Assembly: GCA_002995645.1 (NCBI GenBank)
Contig: PUHO01000012.1
Span: forward strand, 87,653-151,652
From: SAR324 cluster bacterium
GTDB lineage: Bacteria; SAR324; XYD2-FULL-50-16; HCM1
DNA: 64,000 nt
Direction: 5' to 3'
The position numbers and the translations under genes were made by a program. Below are positions 54,254 to 63,140 of this stretch, one piece after another; the first letter of the stretch is position 1, and each line of letters opens with the position of its first letter. The notes beneath the pieces were generated by a model, which saw only the letters and a program-made list of their open reading frames with translations, did not search any database and was not told the origin of the DNA.

Positions 54254-55737
54254 TGAATAAAAAAATAAGATTATTACTTGCTATTTTAGTATGTTTATAC
54301 ACGGGGATACAAGTTTGTAATGCCGAGCAACCGGTTGTTGTTTCTCAAATTATTGTTGGTTACGACGTGGTACGACGTGGGGAAACGCAATTAATTCAAG
54401 TTATGTTAAAAAACGTATCTAATTATTCTATTCCTGTGAACGTCCACATTATGGCAACCTTGCCTTCACGTAATATTGTCTTAGTCGCTAAAAAAAGAGC
54501 TCTTGCCGAAGATCGTAGTTTTACACGCGTATTGCTAGAGTATCCTTTGAAAGGCGTTTCTTTAGGACGCTACACGTTAAGAGTACGTGTGTTTGATGCA
54601 AAGAATAAGTTAATTGCAAAAACTTTAAACAGTCAGTTTGCTCAATTTTACGTATATAAAACAAAACCGCCTTTAAATTGGCTTAGGTATGCTAACGGTA
54701 AAAAAGATAGTGACACAAATAGTAAAGGATCGATCGGAGGTTCTTCGCAGTGGCAAGGCAAAGCAAGCGGGCTTGTTTCGCCGTCTGTGTTATTTCCTGA
54801 AGAAGGAAACGGCAAAGGTAAGAAAGGAGCGACTAATAACGGTAAAAAGCAAAGTTCTTTGTTAAAAGGCACTGCTTTTGGAGATAATAAAAAACCGACT
54901 ACCATAGACGGGAATCAAGACAAGAAAGCCAGTTTAGATCTAGGGTTTAAGAAAGCGGACGTTTTTTGGTATCGTTTATCTGTTCGTGATGCGTCTGTTT
55001 TACGTGGAGAAATAGCGTACATTAATGTTTGGATACAAAATAAAGGCGGCGATAACGCGCAAAAAATAGATTATACTTTGTATTGGTATTTCTCAAAATA
55101 TCCAAGTCGTAAGATTAAGTTTTATAGTGCTACTATTCCCATTCTAGCGCCGGGCGAGGTGAAACGGACTATTATTCCCGTGTTGATTCCTAAAACGGAA
55201 ATAGTGGGGCAATATAAAATATACGGCGTGTTAGATCCGGAAAATAAAATAAAAGAAATAGATAAAGATAATAATAGAGCGGATTCGACTGATTCTTTTA
55301 TTTTTGACGATATATCTCTTGTGACGCCCGAACCGGACGAAGAAGGGCGAATTACGTTAGCTGATATTGGGCAAACTAAGTTTGCTTGGCGGAGTAATAA
55401 ATTTAATCAATTTAAATTACAGATTTCACCGACTATAACATTTGCTGATACTAAGTTAATATTAAACATTCCAAAAGGGGATCGTTGGACTTCACTTAAA
55501 GAGGTGCATCCGTTTTCCGGTGAGTTGTTGCGGCTGGCTAAGACATTAATGGAAACGCAGAAAGTTGACTTTTTATATTGGCGAGTTATGGGGAGGACAG
55601 TCGTAGGAAACGTTTTTTATTCTCAAGTATATCATTTGTATTTTTCTAAAACAAAAACGCCGGAAAATGAAAAAGCGACAGACAAGAAAGACAAAACAGG
55701 TACAGAAGAGCTAGCGATTCCTATGGAAGCAGAATAA
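54253..55737 (+). CDS. Secreted protein with CARDB-like domains, translationally coupled (TAATG) to the FG-GAP gene
   Basis: Signal peptide. Two segments fit the CARDB pattern (…V.N.G…yt.Y.y…iplL.PGE…DP.N.I.E.d..NN), e.g. INVWIQNKGGDNAQKIDYTLYWYF…ILAPGEVKRT…DPENKIKEIDKDNN. Confidence 0.45.
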   Translation: MNKKIRLLLAILVCLYTGIQVCNAEQPVVVSQIIVGYDVVRRGETQLIQVMLKNVSNYSIPVNVHIMATLPSRNIVLVAKKRALAEDRSFTRVLLEYPLKGVSLGRYTLRVRVFDAKNKLIAKTLNSQFAQFYVYKTKPPLNWLRYANGKKDSDTNSKGSIGGSSQWQGKASGLVSPSVLFPEEGNGKGKKGATNNGKKQSSLLKGTAFGDNKKPTTIDGNQDKKASLDLGFKKADVFWYRLSVRDASVLRGEIAYINVWIQNKGGDNAQKIDYTLYWYFSKYPSRKIKFYSATIPILAPGEVKRTIIPVLIPKTEIVGQYKIYGVLDPENKIKEIDKDNNRADSTDSFIFDDISLVTPEPDEEGRITLADIGQTKFAWRSNKFNQFKLQISPTITFADTKLILNIPKGDRWTSLKEVHPFSGELLRLAKTLMETQKVDFLYWRVMGRTVVGNVFYSQVYHLYFSKTKTPENEKATDKKDKTGTEELAIPMEAE

Positions 55738-55759
55738 GTCGTATTAGGGGGGAATAGAA

Positions 55760-56100
55760 GGCGTTTTATTGGAAGGGCGTTGTTTTTATTTTGGTTGGCA
55801 AGGTTAGTATGGCAAAGGTGGTGAATTAGGATTGCTTTTGTGAGGGCTAAAGAAAATTGCTTTTTCTGGTGGTAAATCTTGATAAACTGGTTTTATATTT
55901 TGAAGGCTAAAGAAAAATTGCTTTTGCTAGTGGTGAATTTTATTTGAAGAGGCGTTGCTTTTACTTTAGGTTAGCAAGGTTAGTGCGGCAAAGGTGATAA
56001 ACTAGTTTTGCTTTTTTATATAGCAGGTTTTCCCTTTTTGCAAAGTCAAGATTGCAAACGTGATAAATTGATTTTACTTTTTTGCACTTTAAAGAAATAA
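55760..56100. repeat. Degenerate direct repeats (~190-bp units with internal ~60-bp sub-repeats) in an 830-bp non-coding region
   Basis: GCAAGGTTAGT(A/G)(T/C)GGCAAAGGTG… at 55798 and 55973. GGCTAAAGAAAA(A)TTGCTTTT.CT.GTGGT.AAT at 55843 and 55904. About five copies of GTGATAAAYTNG.TTTKCTTTT. Confidence 0.5.
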
Positions 56101-56571
56101 AAAAGAAAGAAGTTGTTTTTTAAAGTATAAGCGTGCTATTTATACAATTCTAAAGAAAAATTGCCTTTTTAAAAGGAAAATATAAACATAAATAAAAGAA
56201 AAGTACGACAAAAACGTCTTGTTTAAAAATAAAATATTTACAAAAACACTTGTAAAAACAAACGGATAACACGGTTACGGACTTTTGTCTTTAAAACAGG
56301 ACGTTTTAACGGCAAAATGGTTTGCCCTTTTATGTCTATATAGGTCGCTTTTCTTTAATAAATACAAGGGGAAAACGGATTGTCTTCTTTTTTTTAAGAT
56401 GACAAAAACTGTCATGGTTTTTTATAAAAAATAAATTGTATCTTCCTGTTGTTGCAAGATAATTATGCTAAATTCGCTTGGGTTTTAGTGTGAAAAAGTA
56501 CTGTTTTTAAAAGAGTACAAAAGTTGTCTTGTTTTTCGTACTAAGATAAAAGTAGTACATAAATTACGTAT

Positions 56572-57813
56572 ATGAAAAGGAGAAAAACTATGATGTACCG
56601 AAGATTTGGCAGGACCAATGCAGATATATCTGTGTTAACTTGCGGGACGATGCGGCTTCAATATCAATGGCAAGATATGAAGCTAAGTGACGTTCCAAGA
56701 GATTGCCAAAAAAACGTTGAGAATATCATAGAATTGGCTATTGACAAGGGAATTAACCATATTGAAACTGCAAGAGGCTACGGTAGTTCTGAGGTGCAAC
56801 TTGGCGGGGTTTTCAAGAATCTAGACAGAAAAACAAGAAGTAAATTATACATACAAACCAAGGTGATAGCTGCTCCATTAGCCGACGTAGAACAGAAATT
56901 AGAAACGTCATGGGATAACTTACAGCTTGATTATATTGACTTTTTGAGTATTCATTGTCTCAATAATGAAAGAACTAGTGATAATGAATTAGACACAGAA
57001 TCCATGCTAGCTCCAAACGGAATCTTAGCAAAAGCAAGGCAGTGGCAAAAAGAAGGCAGAGTAAGGCATATTGGCTTTTCTACCCATGCTGGACCTAATA
57101 TTGTTATTCCCTTATTAAAAACCGGTTGGTTCTCTTATGTTAACTTATTATGGTCCTATATTTACCAATATAACACGCCAAGTATTGTAGAAGCTAAGAA
57201 ACAAGATATGGGCGTTTTTATTATTAGCCCTATTGCAAGATCCGGCTTATTAAACCGCCCGCCAAGGATTTGGCAAGAGCTTTGTAAACCTTATACAGCT
57301 ATGCAATTTAACGTGCTTTTTTCTTTGCTCTGCGAAAACGTAGATACTTTAAGCATAGGACCGGCGGTGCCTTCTGAGCTGGAATACCACGTTAATACGC
57401 TCTCTTTATGGGATAAAGCAAAAGATATTGTAAATACAATTCATGAAGCTTTATATAGTGAAATTTGCTCCCGTCTTGGTAAAGAGTGGGTAGATCATTG
57501 GCAAGAAGGGCTCCCCTCTGTAGCAACTACGCCAAAACGTATTAATATCCATGAAATATTACGTCTCTGGACATTATGTAAAGGCTGGGATTTTGAGGAA
57601 TTTACAAAAGAAAGATATAGCTTTCTTACTAATTCGCAACACTTTTTCCCTGGTAATGCATTGACTAGTGAAGAAGAAGCCGACTTGATTCAAACTTTAA
57701 AAGGAAGTCGTTTTGCTGATACCATACCGACAATTCTCAAGGAAGCGCATAGTATGCTATTTGATGCTAATCTCAATTCCGGTCCGCTTTCTCTTAAATC
57801 AGAAAAGGATTAA
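56572..57813 (+). CDS. Aldo/keto reductase family oxidoreductase
   Basis: AKR pattern (YRRFGRTNADISVLTCGTMR…, ARGYGSSE, HIGFST). The true start is probably the internal MMYRR, at about 56590. Confidence 0.7.
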   Translation: MKRRKTMMYRRFGRTNADISVLTCGTMRLQYQWQDMKLSDVPRDCQKNVENIIELAIDKGINHIETARGYGSSEVQLGGVFKNLDRKTRSKLYIQTKVIAAPLADVEQKLETSWDNLQLDYIDFLSIHCLNNERTSDNELDTESMLAPNGILAKARQWQKEGRVRHIGFSTHAGPNIVIPLLKTGWFSYVNLLWSYIYQYNTPSIVEAKKQDMGVFIISPIARSGLLNRPPRIWQELCKPYTAMQFNVLFSLLCENVDTLSIGPAVPSELEYHVNTLSLWDKAKDIVNTIHEALYSEICSRLGKEWVDHWQEGLPSVATTPKRINIHEILRLWTLCKGWDFEEFTKERYSFLTNSQHFFPGNALTSEEEADLIQTLKGSRFADTIPTILKEAHSMLFDANLNSGPLSLKSEKD

Positions 57814-58006
57814 CGTCCATGTTATAAGTTAACTGTAAGAAATTTATATTAATTTCGTTAATTAACACAGGCAAAAAGGCTTTGCCGTATATCTGGCGTC
57901 TTTTATTATTTTGTATTATAGCCTATGGTTTAGTTGACTTTTTATTTTAATTCTATTATCCTAATACTATATTTTTAAATTTAATTACTATACTCTAGGA
58001 ACGTTT

Positions 58007-58192
58007 ATGTCTAAAGTTTGTCAAAATTGTGGTAAAGGTCCACAAGTTGGGAATAATGTCAGCCATGCTCATAATAAAACAAAAAAACGATTTATGCCGA
58101 ATTTGCAAAAAATTCGAGTTGTCTTGAAAAATGGCAATACAAAACGCGTACGAATTTGCGCTGCTTGCATTCGTAGTGGTCACACGCTTTAA
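58007..58192 (+). CDS. rpmB: 50S ribosomal protein L28
   Basis: [38 protein letters not shown] is a classic L28. Confidence 0.85.
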   Translation: MSKVCQNCGKGPQVGNNVSHAHNKTKKRFMPNLQKIRVVLKNGNTKRVRICAACIRSGHTL

Positions 58193-58214
58193 TTAATCTC
58201 ATATTTGGGGATAT

Positions 58215-58808
58215 ATGAAATTTGTGAATTTAAATGAATTTGATGCTACTAAATATGAAATAACAGCAGAAGAGTTTCTTACTAAAAGAAAAGAATCTAA
58301 TGTTATGGTTATTGATATTCGCATTGTAGAGGCATATGAAGCTAATCATTTAGCCGGTGCTTACTCTTTACCTCTTTTGTTTTTAGAAGAGCATTTAATG
58401 CAAATTCCACCTTTTGCCGATATTATTTTTTATGGCGATAGTGATGAAGAAAGTATCCAAGCGATTTTGCTTTTAATAGAAAATGGTTTTGATACGGTTT
58501 CTTTTGTTAGTGGCGGCTATAGTGGTATCCAAGAAGAACTTCTTAAATCTGGTGAAGTTGTTTTATCTAATGAAGATCCGGCAAAATGGGAAGCTATGAT
58601 TGAAGAAATTCTTGATTCTAAAGTAAGACCTGCTTTAGCTTCTGATGGCGGCGGTATGGAAGTGTTAAAAATCCAAGGTGACAAACTATACGTTAGTTAT
58701 CAAGGAGCTTGTAACGGTTGTCCAAGCGCAAGTGCGGGAACTTTACGATTTATAGAAAACACATTGCGTACTAGTTTAAATCACGATATTGAAGTTATAG
58801 TAAGCTAA
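58215..58808 (+). CDS. Rhodanese-homology domain fused to an Nfu/NifU C-terminal Fe-S scaffold domain
   Basis: N-terminal rhodanese-like fold with Asp at the active-site position (IIFYGDSDEES). C-terminal Nfu block GGGMEVLKIQGDKLYVSYQGACNGCPSASAGTLRFIE with CxxC. Confidence 0.6.
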   Translation: MKFVNLNEFDATKYEITAEEFLTKRKESNVMVIDIRIVEAYEANHLAGAYSLPLLFLEEHLMQIPPFADIIFYGDSDEESIQAILLLIENGFDTVSFVSGGYSGIQEELLKSGEVVLSNEDPAKWEAMIEEILDSKVRPALASDGGGMEVLKIQGDKLYVSYQGACNGCPSASAGTLRFIENTLRTSLNHDIEVIVS

Positions 58809-58824
58809 CGTCGTCATACATCAA

Positions 58825-59535
58825 ATGGATTTTTTCCAACCTAAAGCCTTTGTTATTTCAGCACCTAGCGGTACGGGAAAAACAACGATTATTAAAGAAG
58901 CAAAACGATTAGTGCCTTCGCTTACATGGAGCATTTCTTGTACGACTCGGCAAGCAAGAGAGCAAGAGAAAAACGGTATTGATTATTGGTTTATTTCTGT
59001 TGCTGCTTTTGAACGGCAAATTAAAGAAAAGGCTTTTATTGAGTGGGCAAAGGTACATTCTAATTATTACGGTACTTCTTGGCAAGAATTGCAAAAAGCG
59101 AAAGAAGAAAAAAACACGCTTATTCTTGATATAGACGTACAAGGGGCTTTGCAATTACAAGATAAAAAAATAGACGACGTATTTTTTATCTTTATCACGC
59201 CGCCAAGTCTAGCAACCTTAGAGCATAGACTTGTAGCGCGTAATACAGAAACAAAAGAAAGTCTTGCTATACGCTTAAAAGCGGCGGAAGAAGAAATGAA
59301 CCACCGTTTTTTATATGACGTAAGCATTGTTAATGATTCATTAGATAACGCTGTTATTGACTTTCTTAGCTATATTTTACAACAATCTATTGTTTGGCCG
59401 CAAGCTGGTCAATTTGACGTAAAAGAAATAGCAAAGCTTTTATATACGTATAAACGAACAGCAGATAGTATTCCTGCCGACTTGATAAAGCTAGAAGCTA
59501 TTATTACCGATATATATAACACAAAGAAGAGATAA
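58825..59535 (+). CDS. gmk: Guanylate kinase
   Basis: P-loop SAPSGTGKTT. Substrate-binding block SCTTRQAREQEKNGIDYWFIS…YYGTS. Confidence 0.8.
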   Translation: MDFFQPKAFVISAPSGTGKTTIIKEAKRLVPSLTWSISCTTRQAREQEKNGIDYWFISVAAFERQIKEKAFIEWAKVHSNYYGTSWQELQKAKEEKNTLILDIDVQGALQLQDKKIDDVFFIFITPPSLATLEHRLVARNTETKESLAIRLKAAEEEMNHRFLYDVSIVNDSLDNAVIDFLSYILQQSIVWPQAGQFDVKEIAKLLYTYKRTADSIPADLIKLEAIITDIYNTKKR

Positions 59536-59558
59536 TCTCCTTTTTCCTTTAGGAATCT

Positions 59559-61745
59559 ATGCTCTTTTTATCTAGCCTAGAAAATTTAATTCATCAAGAA
59601 GATTCATCTTCTGTCAAAGAATTGCTTCAAACTACGTTGCAATGGTTTTCCAAGAACCAAGTAGCATTGCAAGCAAATAAACAAATCTTTACCTTTTTAG
59701 AAAGATACGTAGATCGCAGCGCGTGGGGGCGTCTTGATTCGCTTAGTTTAGTTGTTGGCATGTTAGCCGAATGCTGGCAAATAAGCGAAGAGCTGCAAGA
59801 AAGTATACAAAAAACGTTTCCTGTTGAAGTGTTACGACTATTAGAATTAGTTGTTTCTTTATGTGAAATACGTCCTTTAGAAAGCTACAATGAAACGCAA
59901 GTAGTGAATCATTTAGCAGAGCATATTAGAAAATTAGTATATGTTCTAGCTACTGATTTTCGATCTTTATTTATTGTGCTGGTTATTCGTGTTGTACGAT
60001 TGCCTTTAAATAAAGAAATTTTAGATAAAAATCGTCTTAAAGTAGAAGCAAGAGAATGTATTGAAATTTATGCTTCTTTAGCTGAACGCTTTGGTCTTGC
60101 TAATGTTAAGACTTATTTAGAAGACAAATCGTTTGGGATTTTATATCCGGAAGAATATAATGATATTGCAAAATATAAACGTCTTTTTGCAAAAGAGCAT
60201 ACTAGTTTCCTAGATGAGATCAAGCAAGAAGTAACGCAATTAATTAGCAATGCCGGTATTCAAGATTTTGAGGTAAAAGCACGTATTAAACATAATTATT
60301 CGATATATTTAAAATCGATACGTTATCAAGTTTCATATGAAAAACTATATGATATTCTGGGAATGCGTTGTATTTTAGAAAAGGAAGACGATATTTATGT
60401 TGTACTTGGTTTATTACATCATAAATATAGATTTGTAGAAGATCGGTTTAAAGATTATATTACCTACCCTAAAGCAAACGGATATCGTTCTTTACATAGT
60501 TTTTTGTATGCACAAAGTGGAATGGGCTTTGAAATACAAATTAGAACAAAAGAAATGGATTATGAATCCGAATATGGCACGGCATCGCATTGGTCATATA
60601 AAACGGTGAATAATTCATCTTTTACTAGTGTAGAAAGTCCTTTCTGGGTGCAAGAATTAACAGAGAACCTAGTTGCCGCCAAAGACGCGACAGAGATTTT
60701 TACATTATTTAAAAAAGAAATATTTTCTGAATTTGTTTATGCGTTTACGCCAAAAGGAAAGTTAATTAAATTAGCATTAGGTAGCACAGTATTAGACTTT
60801 TCATATGCTATTCATAGCGATATAGGAAAGTGTACAACAGGTGCTATGATTAACGGGCAATATAAAAGTATTCGTACTGTTTTACAAAATGGCGATCAAA
60901 TAGAAGTACTTGTTTCAAAGCAACAAAAACCAAACGCTAACTGGCTTTTATTTGTAAAAACGTCACGTGCTAAATCAAAAATAAAGGCTTTCTTACGATC
61001 TGAAAATAGGGATATAGCTATCAGGGAAGGGCGAGCTATTTTTCAAAAGATTCTTATAGAGTTACAAATAGCATTGCATACGGCAGAAAGTTCGCAACAG
61101 ATGGTTCGTTTACTAGATGATGTTCATTGTGCAGATAAGGAAATACTATACCAACAAATAGCTTACGGACGTATTTCTAATAAAACGATACTTCGTTATT
61201 TTGATGAAACTTATGCCGCTTTTCCATCACCTAAAAAGCTTTTTAAGTTTAAACGACCAAATCAAGAGCAAGAAAGCTTAATTCATAATGTAAAACCTTT
61301 ATCAGTTAATGATATCCTAGAGCTAGACAATATGCCCGTTCGTTTTGCTCAGTGTTGTAAGCCAAATAAAAACGATACTATTATGGGGATTATAGGGCAA
61401 AGTCGTGATATTGTTATACATGTAACTAATTGTGCTCATGTGAGTGAACTTCAGTCAAATAAAACAATGATACCTTTAACATGGAATGATGAAAGTACTA
61501 ATTTTAGTCTTCGTGTGAATTTAGAAGTAGTTTCTTTAAAATCGGCAAGTAATATATTAAAGTTACTGGAAATACGAGGAATTACTTTGAAAAAAGCAGT
61601 ATTAGTACAAGAAAAAAAGATCATTAAACAAGAAATATATCTTTTAATTATAGATAGTAAAGTATGGCATTCTATTGTGGAGAAGCTAAATAAAATGAAA
61701 GCGGTAATAGATATATCTATTACAGAAGATATAATGGATTCCTAA
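59559..61745 (+). CDS. relA: Long RelA/SpoT-homologue (p)ppGpp synthetase, RelA-type (hydrolase motifs degenerate)
   Basis: Synthetase domain (FKDYITYPKANGYRSLHSFL…EIQIRTKEMDYESEYGTASHWSYK). TGS and ACT-like C-terminal regions. The HD hydrolase motif positions read …GMLAECWQISEE… (no His-Asp). Confidence 0.8.
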   Translation: MLFLSSLENLIHQEDSSSVKELLQTTLQWFSKNQVALQANKQIFTFLERYVDRSAWGRLDSLSLVVGMLAECWQISEELQESIQKTFPVEVLRLLELVVSLCEIRPLESYNETQVVNHLAEHIRKLVYVLATDFRSLFIVLVIRVVRLPLNKEILDKNRLKVEARECIEIYASLAERFGLANVKTYLEDKSFGILYPEEYNDIAKYKRLFAKEHTSFLDEIKQEVTQLISNAGIQDFEVKARIKHNYSIYLKSIRYQVSYEKLYDILGMRCILEKEDDIYVVLGLLHHKYRFVEDRFKDYITYPKANGYRSLHSFLYAQSGMGFEIQIRTKEMDYESEYGTASHWSYKTVNNSSFTSVESPFWVQELTENLVAAKDATEIFTLFKKEIFSEFVYAFTPKGKLIKLALGSTVLDFSYAIHSDIGKCTTGAMINGQYKSIRTVLQNGDQIEVLVSKQQKPNANWLLFVKTSRAKSKIKAFLRSENRDIAIREGRAIFQKILIELQIALHTAESSQQMVRLLDDVHCADKEILYQQIAYGRISNKTILRYFDETYAAFPSPKKLFKFKRPNQEQESLIHNVKPLSVNDILELDNMPVRFAQCCKPNKNDTIMGIIGQSRDIVIHVTNCAHVSELQSNKTMIPLTWNDESTNFSLRVNLEVVSLKSASNILKLLEIRGITLKKAVLVQEKKIIKQEIYLLIIDSKVWHSIVEKLNKMKAVIDISITEDIMDS

Positions 61746-61747
61746 TT

Positions 61748-63133
61748 TTATAAATCAGTAATAATACATTCTCCTGTTACCACTTGATTGTTAAAAGTGG
61801 CTTGGTGTGGGATCATCATATGTTTACCTTGTTGAGGTAGGATAATCACATTGCCTTGCAAGCAAGCTTCGCCTTGAAAAGAAATATCTCCAATCATAGT
61901 TAAAGAAAGCAAAGAAAGTAAATTTGGAATAATAGGAATACGTCTTTGGTAATCGTCAAAAGAATGAAAATGTTTACCTAGATGTACTAAAGGAAGATCA
62001 GGAAACATACGTTCCGGATTTATTTTTAATAAACCTTGTTCTAGCGTAAATAAATTAGATTGTATTAACAATAGGTCTGATGTGTTTTTAACAGGAAGAA
62101 AGCGCGTTCTTGGCACGTCTAGGATAACGCTATTGTCAAAACAAGTAACAGCTGATCCGATTGCCGTTTCTAGTTGGATTATAGACTGTTGCGCAATTGT
62201 TTTTGTATTAGTAATTAAAGGCAGATTAATTTGATTAGCTAAAAAGCGTTCTTTTAAAGAAGGTAAATGTAGCCAAATATTATTTGTGTTAAAGTGTTTA
62301 AATACTTGTATATTTTTGAATTCTTCTTGCCTATGTTTTGGAATTTGTCCTGTTTCTATTAAAATAGGTCGCCCGTCTTTTGTTGACGCAAGACTCCCGC
62401 CTTTCAGATCATTTTTTGTTTTTCGAGTTGCTTCCATTAAGAAAGGAACTTTATTTTCTACAATATAGCTTAAAATAGACAAATCAAGTGGCGCGGCAAG
62501 ATTATCTATATTTGAAATAAAAAGATATTCTTTGCCTTGTTCTAGTAATGCATCTAGTTCCCCAGAATAGTATAGGTACATGTAAAGACTACCGTGCCCG
62601 GGCGGGTATAAAAGCTGTTGTTTTGGAAAAATTTCTGTTGCTTGTAGAGGCAAGAACGTATTGCTTTGTAAACGAGGAAACGAATTTTGAGAAAATAAAC
62701 GTATTTGTTTAAGTTTATAGTGATTTAAAATAGCTTGCGTTTCTTTTTCTGTATGTGGTGAAGTCAATAATAACAAAGGAATTGTAACGTTATATTGTTC
62801 TTGTATGACTTGCAATTGCGTTAGCGAGATATCTAAAAAAGATTGATTATTACGCACAGGAATCACTGCTTTAGGAATATGTAATCCCATAGAGGTTCCT
62901 AATCCGCCATTTAAATGACAAATGGCGACTTTAGATAGAATAGATTTGGCTTCTTCTTGTGTTGGACTAGGTAAATCGCTATAATTGATAACTTGATTGT
63001 CTTGTAATCTTTGTATATCTTCAAAAATAGTTTTTTTTTGTATTAATTGCTCATATAGCTTAGTAAAATAATCTTTCTCATAGTCTGTGTAGTTTGTATA
63101 TTGATTTAAATCAAAGGGAAGGTAATTTGCCAT
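61748..63133 (-). CDS. UDP-sugar pyrophosphorylase of the UDPGP family (eukaryotic-type UGPase/UAP-like)
   Basis: Hallmark KLNGGLGTSMG motif and the extended UDPGP fold. Start chosen at the internal Met (MANYLPFDL), which avoids overlap with the TPR gene. Confidence 0.65.
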   Translation of the reverse strand: MANYLPFDLNQYTNYTDYEKDYFTKLYEQLIQKKTIFEDIQRLQDNQVINYSDLPSPTQEEAKSILSKVAICHLNGGLGTSMGLHIPKAVIPVRNNQSFLDISLTQLQVIQEQYNVTIPLLLLTSPHTEKETQAILNHYKLKQIRLFSQNSFPRLQSNTFLPLQATEIFPKQQLLYPPGHGSLYMYLYYSGELDALLEQGKEYLFISNIDNLAAPLDLSILSYIVENKVPFLMEATRKTKNDLKGGSLASTKDGRPILIETGQIPKHRQEEFKNIQVFKHFNTNNIWLHLPSLKERFLANQINLPLITNTKTIAQQSIIQLETAIGSAVTCFDNSVILDVPRTRFLPVKNTSDLLLIQSNLFTLEQGLLKINPERMFPDLPLVHLGKHFHSFDDYQRRIPIIPNLLSLLSLTMIGDISFQGEACLQGNVIILPQQGKHMMIPHQATFNNQVVTGECIITDL

Positions 63134-63140
63134 GAGTATA

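Noticed and set aside
55738-56571. tmRNA, RNase P RNA or SRP RNA in the long intergenic region
   Set aside because: None of their conserved cores is present: no tRNA-like acceptor/T-arm pair, no RNase P P4 motifs, no SRP domain IV GGAA tetraloop context. Only generic hairpins and degenerate repeats were found.
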